DNA of 64,000 nucleotides from Planctomycetota bacterium (GTDB lineage Bacteria > Planctomycetota > Brocadiia > JAADGH01), in assembly GCA_040755855.1 (NCBI GenBank), contig JBFMAD010000003.1, positions 32,001 to 96,000 on the forward strand, written 5' to 3'. Below the pieces are notes generated by a model. It worked only from the letters and a program-made list of their open reading frames with translations. It was not told where the DNA came from and did no database searches. Numbering within the stretch: position 1 is the first letter of the stretch; the number at the start of each line of letters is the position of its first letter. Positions 56,875 through 64,000 of this stretch are shown here, one piece after another. Made by a program: the position numbers and the translations under genes.

Positions 56875-57567
56875 TTACGGCGCGTCCTTGTTCCCCGGCT
56901 TCGCACCATGTTCGCGGAGGAGGTCGGCAATGTCCGCGGACTTGCGTTTCTCCACAGCCAAGTCCAAGGGCGTTCGCCCCTGGTCGTCCACACAGTTGAC
57001 CTCCGCCCCCTTCTGGATCAACAACCGAACCATCCCTTCGCGTTGCTGCATCACCGCTACGTGCAACGGGGTGCGTCCCGTCCTGTCTCGCCCATTTAGG
57101 TCCGCCCCAGCAGCGATCAATAGGTCGGCCACATCGTCGTTGCCGTCACTGGCGGCATAGTGAAGGGGCGTCTGCCCAAGGCCGTCGGTAGTTTTCACAT
57201 CCGCTCCCCTGTCGAGCAGAACTCGAATCATGCTTGTTCTGCCGCGGCTGGCCATATGGAGAGGAAAACCGGCGTTCACATCGGCGCCTTTTGAGACGAG
57301 GAACGCAACCGCATCCTCATCGGCTCCGAACGCTATCCAGTCCAGAGCCGTCAGCCCATCGTCGCCTTTGCTGTTGATTTCCGCCCCCCTCGTCAGGAGG
57401 GCATTCACTGCCTCAACGTCGTACTCCACGGCGGCATCCAGCAGCGCCTTGTTCAGGTCATCCACGTTGTAGGCATCCCGAAAGGTGCTGAACCTTCCGC
57501 TTGCCACATCGTAGATGAGAATGGCGACGGGAATCAGGATTAGGGCCGTTCGGATGACTCGTTTCAT
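56875..57567 (-). CDS. Ankyrin-repeat protein with N-terminal anchor
   Basis: GQTPLHYAA, GRTPLHVAV, GRTPLDLA. Confidence 0.92.
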   Translation of the reverse strand: MKRVIRTALILIPVAILIYDVASGRFSTFRDAYNVDDLNKALLDAAVEYDVEAVNALLTRGAEINSKGDDGLTALDWIAFGADEDAVAFLVSKGADVNAGFPLHMASRGRTSMIRVLLDRGADVKTTDGLGQTPLHYAASDGNDDVADLLIAAGADLNGRDRTGRTPLHVAVMQQREGMVRLLIQKGAEVNCVDDQGRTPLDLAVEKRKSADIADLLREHGAKPGNKDAP

Positions 57568-57606
57568 CTCCGCGTTCGCCTGTTGATCGGCGCGCCTCCC
57601 CTTCCG

Positions 57607-57639
57607 AAGACACGCTCAAGCAAGCTTGAGCGTGGCACA
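57607..57639 (-). repeat. AAGACACGCTCAA..TTGAGCGTGGCACA palindrome copy
   Basis: CACGCTCAAG-CAAG-CTTGAGCGTG. Confidence 0.75.
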
Positions 57640-57709
57640 AATGCATTGTTCCCCCGTTAGCCTATTGCCCCTCTTTGCGTTCTCTGCGTCTCGGCGGTGA
57701 GAAGATCGC

Positions 57710-59194
57710 CTATGGCCACTGCCCCGCCCGCTTGGCGGCCCAGGCGCGCATGTAGGCGATGGTGGCGGGCTTGTCGTATTCATGCCGCCAGAGCCACTCG
57801 GCGAGTTGGAGGCGCTTCTTGTCGGACATGCCGTCGAGCTTGAGCGGCTTGCCGTAGGACTTGCACCAGGCGGCGAGCTTGCGTTTCAGCGCCTGGGCCG
57901 TGGCGCGATTCCGGTTGATGAGATTGTCCTGCTCAACGGGGTCCTTGCGCATGTTGTAGAGTTCGTCGCGGCCGTCGCTGCCCCAGATGTATTTCCAGTC
58001 GCCCTCGATGGCGCACTTCAACTGCCGCATGTATGGGGCGAAGAGTTTGGGGTCCACCCCCCTGCCTGCGTTATCGGCGATGATCTTCGGCACGCCGTGC
58101 TCGGAGACGATGAGACGCTCCTCTTTCCGGTGCGGCGCTTCGGTCATCAGGTTCATGCCGGGGAGGTTGAGTTTCTCGCGGACGGGGTGCAGGCCGGCGA
58201 GGTCGAGGATCGTCGGAAATATGTCCAGCATCTGCGCGTTGTTTTCCACCACCATCCCTTCGGGGATGCGGCCCGGCCCCCATGCGATCATGGGGATGTG
58301 GATCAGCGTGTTATAGACGCACATCTGGTGGTCGAGCAGGTTGTGCTCGGCGTTTTCGTCGCCGTGGTCGGAGACGAGGAAGACGACGGTGTTGTCGAGC
58401 AGGCCGCGCTGCTCCATGCCCGTCAGCATCTCCTCGATCTCCCAGTCCACCTGCGCGGCGAGGGCGACGTAGAGCATGATGAACGTGTGCATGTCCTTCT
58501 TCTTCAGGATGCCGTTCCAGAGGTATTCGAAGCAATTGCCGCTGTTAATCTCATGGAGGTACTGCGGGACCCTTCCTTTCACGAATTTCTTTTGAAACTC
58601 CGGCTTGGGGCAGCGCTTCAGGTGCGGCGTGGCGTAGTTGACGAAGCAGAACCACGGCTTCTTCTCGCTGCGCTTCTCATCCATCCAATACAGGAGGTTC
58701 GTCGTGCTTGCGTGTCGGTTCGGCTCCTGGCCCGTCTTTTTCAGGATCGCCTGCGCGCCGGCGCCGATGTTCTCGATCCAGTAATCGAAGCCCCAGCAGA
58801 TGTTCGACTTCGAGCCGACCCAACTGTTGGCGCAGACGCCGACGGTGTCGTAACCGTTTTGAGACAAAGTGCTTGCGAGCGTGGGAAACTTGCCCGACCA
58901 CTTGCATTTCTCGAACATCAGGTGGTTCTCGATGTTGATCGCATCGTGGGTGATGCCGTTGTAGATGGATGGTTGGCCGCTGAAGAGCGCCGCGTGCGAC
59001 GGCGGCGTCCACGGCCCGCTGGTATAGGCGTTTGCGAATCTCGTCCCTTCCTCCGCGAGGCGGTCGAAGCGCGGGGTGGTGTTCTTGTATCGCCCGTAGC
59101 ACGACAGCAGGTCCGCCGTGGCCGTGTCGAGGAGGACGATCAAAAAATTCGGCGCAAGATGGGTTTCTGCCTTCTTCAGAGATTTCCTTACCAT
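57710..59194 (-). CDS. Sulfatase-like hydrolase with WTPPSH (Thr) motif
   Basis: PNFLIVLLDT, PWTPPSHAALFSG, SDHGD; start reset to ATG 59194. Confidence 0.85.
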   Translation of the reverse strand: MVRKSLKKAETHLAPNFLIVLLDTATADLLSCYGRYKNTTPRFDRLAEEGTRFANAYTSGPWTPPSHAALFSGQPSIYNGITHDAINIENHLMFEKCKWSGKFPTLASTLSQNGYDTVGVCANSWVGSKSNICWGFDYWIENIGAGAQAILKKTGQEPNRHASTTNLLYWMDEKRSEKKPWFCFVNYATPHLKRCPKPEFQKKFVKGRVPQYLHEINSGNCFEYLWNGILKKKDMHTFIMLYVALAAQVDWEIEEMLTGMEQRGLLDNTVVFLVSDHGDENAEHNLLDHQMCVYNTLIHIPMIAWGPGRIPEGMVVENNAQMLDIFPTILDLAGLHPVREKLNLPGMNLMTEAPHRKEERLIVSEHGVPKIIADNAGRGVDPKLFAPYMRQLKCAIEGDWKYIWGSDGRDELYNMRKDPVEQDNLINRNRATAQALKRKLAAWCKSYGKPLKLDGMSDKKRLQLAEWLWRHEYDKPATIAYMRAWAAKRAGQWP

Positions 59195-59261
59195 CCTGTT
59201 CTCCCTTCTGTGTCGAATTGTTCCATCACCATGTCCGTATCTCAATTCTCCCGCTCTGCTG

Positions 59262-60104
59262 TCACCTGTGCACCATAACGCTGCAGAGCACGCGGCCTGT
59301 TTCGATCTCGATGAGCCGCCGCCGCTCCATGTCCTCGTTTGCCCCCTGCAATTTCGTAAAGCGGGAGTATTCAATGACCAGCAGGTGAGTCGCGCCGAGA
59401 ATCCCGCCCAGCTTGGCTCGGAGTTCATTAGAGACCGCGCCAGTCTGTGCGAAGTCCAGCTCCTTGAGGACGTCTTCGACTCCCCTGCGATCTACAAGCG
59501 AGAAGCCTGGTTCCGGCTGGAATCCTTCCAGATAGGAACTCTCATTTTCTGTCAGCAGATTCCCGCGAATCGCCTTGGTCCACTGCTCCAACTGCATCCG
59601 GTCGGTGAGGCCCACGTTGGTGATCTCGCCAACGAGGATGGCCAGCCTTACCTTTTTCTCCTGCCACAGCGCCCGCAGGATGGGAACGGTGTCTTCCCGC
59701 CGGTCGGCGCAGCCCAGTTCGGCGTCAAGGCCCATGTTCGATCCGTCCCTCTGGATCGTCACGTGCACGCGCTCTCCGTGCTGCTTCTTCCAAAGGGCGT
59801 CAAGGACGTCACACCTGTTTTCGATCCGCCGGCCGTCAATCTCGACGATGACATCGCCTGATCTGAGGCCGGCCTTTGCGGCGCCCGTGTCCTCGCGCAC
59901 CTTATCCACGCTCACTCTTCCATCGGCCAGCCGGGTGAGCGTGCAGCCAAGGACGGGCCTGCGGACATAACCCGATGGAACAGGGGGAAGCGGAACCGGT
60001 TTCGCCGCCGGGACCTGCTCCTGGACGGTCGCCTCCTGCGCACGCGGTTCACAGCCGACTACAAAGGCCAGGCCGATCATGAGAGCAACGGAAATGCCTT
60101 TCAT
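59262..60104 (-). CDS. PDZ-domain lipoprotein with CsgG/LpoB-like C-domain
   Basis: VVG|C lipobox, AAKAGLRSGDVIVEIDG, VDRRGVEDVLKE..LGATHL. Confidence 0.75.
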   Translation of the reverse strand: MKGISVALMIGLAFVVGCEPRAQEATVQEQVPAAKPVPLPPVPSGYVRRPVLGCTLTRLADGRVSVDKVREDTGAAKAGLRSGDVIVEIDGRRIENRCDVLDALWKKQHGERVHVTIQRDGSNMGLDAELGCADRREDTVPILRALWQEKKVRLAILVGEITNVGLTDRMQLEQWTKAIRGNLLTENESSYLEGFQPEPGFSLVDRRGVEDVLKELDFAQTGAVSNELRAKLGGILGATHLLVIEYSRFTKLQGANEDMERRRLIEIETGRVLCSVMVHR

Positions 60105-60297
60105 TGTATCCCTCCCTTTGATCGTGCATGTTACGCCATCGAGTCTTCCCCGAAGCCTCCCGGATGATACCACGAAAGCAGAGCCGGGTAAAGCCACAAC
60201 ACCCCGCGGGATTTTTTCGTTGACTTCTTTGCGCGTTTGGTAACACTATGGAAATAAGTTACAACAGAATTCCAACGCATGTTGCAGGAGAAGGATC

Positions 60298-63200
60298 ATG
60301 TGGTTTCGTCGCTATCGCTGCGTCGCTGCGATGGTTGCCGTGTCTCTCATCTGCTTCGTGTCCTGTGAAGAGGAGAAGCAGAAGCCGGTAAAAGAGGAGG
60401 TCAAGGGTCCGTCATCGGAGAAGAAGCCGTCCGACGAATCGCAGCCGCCGCTTCCGCCGCCGCTCGATACGCTCATCCCGCGTCCGAAGAAGGTTGAGAT
60501 TCTCAAGAAGCACATCCCAGTCAGCCGGGCCAAGATACTCCTCGTCGGGAATGACGAGAAGTTGCGCATCGCGGCGGAGGAGATCAACGATCGAATTACG
60601 TCCGAAGGCGGGGTCGCCCTGGAGACAAGCGAGTACTCGCCGCGAACCCTGCCGGATCGCGGCGCAGCCATCCTCCTGCTCAGCGCCGGCGATATGAACG
60701 CGAATCTCCTCATTCGCAAGCACAAGCTCCCGGTCTCGCCCACCGATCCGGGGAAGGAAGGATACATCATCCGATTCCTGCGGGAAGGGGACCTCGATCT
60801 GATCGTTCTCGCCGGCAGTGATCCGCAGGGCACGCTCTACGCCGCCGTGACGCTCCGGCACATGATCTCGAAAGGGGCCGATCACTTCGCGGCGTCGGCG
60901 GCAAACGTCGCCGACCGGCCCGACTTCAAGATTCGTCAGATCGGCACGCCCTGGGCCGTGACGAGGCGCTATCCATACTACGAGATGAAGGCCGCCGCGG
61001 AAAAGGGGGACATGGCAAAGGCCGAGGAGTATGAAAAAGAACTGCTCGCCTCGCAGAAGGAATACATTGACTGGCTCCTGCGCCACAAGATCAACTCCAT
61101 GACGCAGATATGTCAATTCTGGCGGCACACGCCGGAGGGCGAGACTCCCTTCCTGCGCCAAGTCTGTCGGAAGATCAACGCCTACGCCAAGGCCCGCGGC
61201 GTCGGGGCGATGGTCTTCGCATCCTCGTGCATCTGGACGGATCAGGATGGTGACAACCCCGATGTGAAGGGGTGCGTCTATCATCCGTCCCACCATCGTT
61301 TCTTCTGTTGGTCAAAACTGGATTACCACAAGAAGAAGGCGAGGGCCTTTGCCGAGTACCTGCGCGACTGCGACTACGATGCGTTCTACCTCCATGCCGC
61401 AGACGGCGGCGGCTGGAGGAACCCGGCCCTGTGGAACGATCGCTGCGAAAGGTGCAAGAAGAACTACGGCGACGATCACGCGAAGGCCGACGCGGTCGTG
61501 TTCGGCCTCTATTACGATACGATCCGGAAGCTTGCGCCTCGCGTCAAGTTCGTCGCCGTCGTGTATCCTTATAGTCCCTGCTATCTCGATCCGGCCTACA
61601 TCGAGGAGCAGATTCGCGGGGAAAGCGGGAACCTTCCAAACGCAAAGGACCTCGCCCAGGAGACCAGTGGAAAACATCGGCAATTCCTGGAACGGATCAA
61701 CACCCTCCTCCCAAAGGACATCTACGTCTGCGTTCGGGAGGATACGCAAAAGCGCATTGACCTCATGCGCGAGGCGTACGGCAAACGGAACTTCCATCTC
61801 TATTATGAGTATGCTTACTGGAAGGGCTGGCGTCCTTTGTTCCTCACGACCCCGCGATGGACAAAGACATTCCTCTACGGCGGTTATGAGGATATCATCT
61901 TCGGAAACAACTCGAGCTGCGGCCTGAATCCCTTGACGCAGATGTACGGCGTGGAGTGCGCGTGGAACACGGACGGTCCCGGCCGGTGGTTCTTCCCCAG
62001 CAAACAGGCGTGGATGGACCCGCAACAGTGCCTCGTCCCTCGCGACACCGCCCGGGCCTTCGCGGAAATCGCCTGCCGCGACCTATGGGGCGACGTCGCC
62101 GGGCCGCTCCTCGTCCCAGTCTTCATGGGGAACATCAGCTTCTACTTCATCGAGGACCCCGAGTCGGTGGCCGAGAAGTGCAACCTGACCGACATCCCCG
62201 ACTTGATGAAACAGCAGCACGAGGCGGCCGCATCGGCGACGAAATCCCTCGCCCAACTTTGGACCAAGATCAAGGAGGCAAGGAAGCAGAAGCGCTCGCT
62301 GATGACGCCCTACGCTCAACGCTGCATCCCGGACTATTACAAACTCATGCTTGGCGCGAGGGTGCTGGCCGGGTTCAAATGCCGCATGATGGCCGCGCAA
62401 GGAGCCGTCATCGCAGGGGATCGCGACGGCGCCGACCAGCTCGTCGCGCTTCTTCGCGACACGCTCCAGAAGGACGAACAGGATCTCGCCGCGTTGCGCG
62501 CAGAGATGAAGGACGAGCCCTGCACGATGCGAAACTGGCAGAAGAAGTCCACCTACGGCGCCTTCGTCTGCCTTGATGTGAAGGAACTCCGCGCGGAGCT
62601 CGACAAGTTCGACGCAGGCCGAGAGCAACTGTTCACTGCCTACAACATCCCCAAGTGGTTCAAGGACGAGGCGCAGAAACGCACACTTTACGCCGTCCTG
62701 ACCAGCGAGCCGATCGCCATTGACGGTAAGTTGGACGAAGGCGCGTGGAAGAAGGCCGCGCCCGTGGAGCACTTCGTGTATTACAAGTCGCTCCGCCTGG
62801 CCTGTCGAGAGACCATCTGCCGCATTTTGTATGACGCGAAAAACATCTACTTCGCCTTTGAGTGCTTCGATCCCCAGGCGAAGAATATCAAAATTCCCAA
62901 ACGCGACCGGGACCAGCACGCGGTCTGCGAAAGCGTCGAAGTCCTCCTCGACCCAAACCAGACCAAAACAACCTTCCATCACTGGATCGTTGACGCCGCC
63001 GGCAATCTCTTCGACGCGGCTCGGCTTGCGAAGGACGGCGGGCCGCCAACCTACTCCCCCGCGTTCAACGGGACCGCGCGCCTCGCCGTGCAGGTCCTGC
63101 CGGACCGATGGACGGCGGAGATCGCCATCCCCTTCTCCGACCTCGGTGTAACGCCCAAGACCGGAACGATCTGGGGAGCGAACGTCTGCCGCAACATCTG

Positions 63201-64000
63201 CACCGGCCTCGAACAAAGCAAGGAGGAACCTGTCGCGGCGGGATACATGGACGGCAAGGGATTCCACGCTGTCGAGGCATATCCCACGCTCTCGTTTGTC
63301 GAGAGCGCCCCCCCCTGCCCCCCGGCGGATGTCGTATGGAAGATTTCCGGGCCGAAGATGGTCTACGAGACCACGGGCACCGGCGCGGGGACGCGGCTGG
63401 CCCTTGATCTCGTAATCGAACCAGACATCACGATTCACAACGCCGCCATGTCGGCAGAAATGTGGGTTGGCGACAAGCGTCTCGGGGGACTTGATATCCT
63501 CAAGGAACCGCGCATCGAACTTATCTGGCGCAATCGCAAACCCATCGTCGTGCACTTGGACGAGATGCCGCCCGGCGTGGAGATGATCTTCACACTCAAG
63601 GCCGATGAGGGCCAATGGATCTCGCGTTATGTCTTCGGTCAGCCGCCGCGCCGCAAAGGGGCCGCGCCGACATTCGCGCCCGGCGTTGACGGACAGGCCC
63701 TGGCATCGCCGGCCTTTCTCGGGGCGTCTCATCTGCGCAACGGTCAACCCATCCAGCACATCCGCTCCAATTCCGGGACCATCGAGTTCTGGGTGAGGCC
63801 CAACTGGAACGGGGAGCGCAGCCTCGGCGGCCGACGGCACATGGCGCACGTCTTCGCGGATGTCGGGCCGATACGATACGACCATCCCTACTTGACGAAT
63901 ACGCGAAGCATTGCGCTCTACGACACCGGCCACGGTTCTCTACACTTCACGATGACGAATGAACGATACGATAGTCGGTCGGTGAGCGCATCCATCGCGG
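60298..64000 (+). CDS. Partial (>1230 aa) lipoprotein: GH20 domain-2-like, putative barrel, CBM9-like, LamG-like
   Basis: Not in the ORF track (no stop seen to the window end in the parts translated by hand). MWFRRYRC..ICFVS|C; LIPRPK...EGYII...GTLYAAVTL...DRPDFKIR; IAIDGKLDEGAW; GTIEFWVRP. Confidence 0.8.
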   Translation, partial: MWFRRYRCVAAMVAVSLICFVSCEEEKQKPVKEEVKGPSSEKKPSDESQPPLPPPLDTLIPRPKKVEILKKHIPVSRAKILLVGNDEKLRIAAEEINDRITSEGGVALETSEYSPRTLPDRGAAILLLSAGDMNANLLIRKHKLPVSPTDPGKEGYIIRFLREGDLDLIVLAGSDPQGTLYAAVTLRHMISKGADHFAASAANVADRPDFKIRQIGTPWAVTRRYPYYEMKAAAEKGDMAKAEEYEKELLASQKEYIDWLLRHKINSMTQICQFWRHTPEGETPFLRQVCRKINAYAKARGVGAMVFASSCIWTDQDGDNPDVKGCVYHPSHHRFFCWSKLDYHKKKARAFAEYLRDCDYDAFYLHAADGGGWRNPALWNDRCERCKKNYGDDHAKADAVVFGLYYDTIRKLAPRVKFVAVVYPYSPCYLDPAYIEEQIRGESGNLPNAKDLAQETSGKHRQFLERINTLLPKDIYVCVREDTQKRIDLMREAYGKRNFHLYYEYAYWKGWRPLFLTTPRWTKTFLYGGYEDIIFGNNSSCGLNPLTQMYGVECAWNTDGPGRWFFPSKQAWMDPQQCLVPRDTARAFAEIACRDLWGDVAGPLLVPVFMGNISFYFIEDPESVAEKCNLTDIPDLMKQQHEAAASATKSLAQLWTKIKEARKQKRSLMTPYAQRCIPDYYKLMLGARVLAGFKCRMMAAQGAVIAGDRDGADQLVALLRDTLQKDEQDLAALRAEMKDEPCTMRNWQKKSTYGAFVCLDVKELRAELDKFDAGREQLFTAYNIPKWFKDEAQKRTLYAVLTSEPIAIDGKLDEGAWKKAAPVEHFVYYKSLRLACRETICRILYDAKNIYFAFECFDPQAKNIKIPKRDRDQHAVCESVEVLLDPNQTKTTFHHWIVDAAGNLFDAARLAKDGGPPTYSPAFNGTARLAVQVLPDRWTAEIAIPFSDLGVTPKTGTIWGANVCRNICTGLEQSKEEPVAAGYMDGKGFHAVEAYPTLSFVESAPPCPPADVVWKISGPKMVYETTGTGAGTRLALDLVIEPDITIHNAAMSAEMWVGDKRLGGLDILKEPRIELIWRNRKPIVVHLDEMPPGVEMIFTLKADEGQWISRYVFGQPPRRKGAAPTFAPGVDGQALASPAFLGASHLRNGQPIQHIRSNSGTIEFWVRPNWNGERSLGGRRHMAHVFADVGPIRYDHPYLTNTRSIALYDTGHGSLHFTMTNERYDSRSVSASIA

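Overview
GC-rich bacterial DNA, probably Planctomycetota. This is inferred from a LEPR-XLL/planctomycete-type N-terminal motif, GTAGCGGAAGTCGCCAGACTT-type REP repeats, and many sulfatase-like and glycan-active genes. About 40 protein-coding genes are supported. No rRNA, tRNA, CRISPR array or transposase was seen. In order: (1) a partial GH42-like lipoprotein, an aldo/keto reductase, a DegT aminotransferase, a repeat-flanked orphan with an Rx4H motif, and a benzoate-CoA ligase; (2) a surface-glycan locus at about 7.3-23.7 kb with two O-antigen-ligase-like genes flanking a PHP gene and a triple-repeat LEPR-XLL surface protein, followed by an epimerase, an MBOAT/SGNH acylation pair and two methyltransferases; (3) a glycan catabolic run with two paralogous CBM-CBM-GH-A enzymes, sulfatase-like proteins, an SGNH esterase, a creatininase-family protein and a metallophosphoesterase; (4) a ROK regulator divergent from a DegT + Gfo/Idh/MocA pair; (5) dnaK-clpB behind a sigma54-type promoter; (6) a C45 peptidase, a GH172 cluster, a glycerate kinase, an ankyrin protein, a sulfatase-like protein, a PDZ lipoprotein and a partial giant GH20b/CBM9 lipoprotein. 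The most striking non-coding signals are a 130-bp MITE (15-bp TIRs, 5-bp target duplication, internal REP pair) sitting in frame inside the glycerate kinase gene, a second 156-bp TIR element, several dispersed palindrome families, and a roughly 170-nt rod-shaped RNA candidate with its own promoter convergent on clpB. All family assignments come from motif recognition by eye, not database searches.
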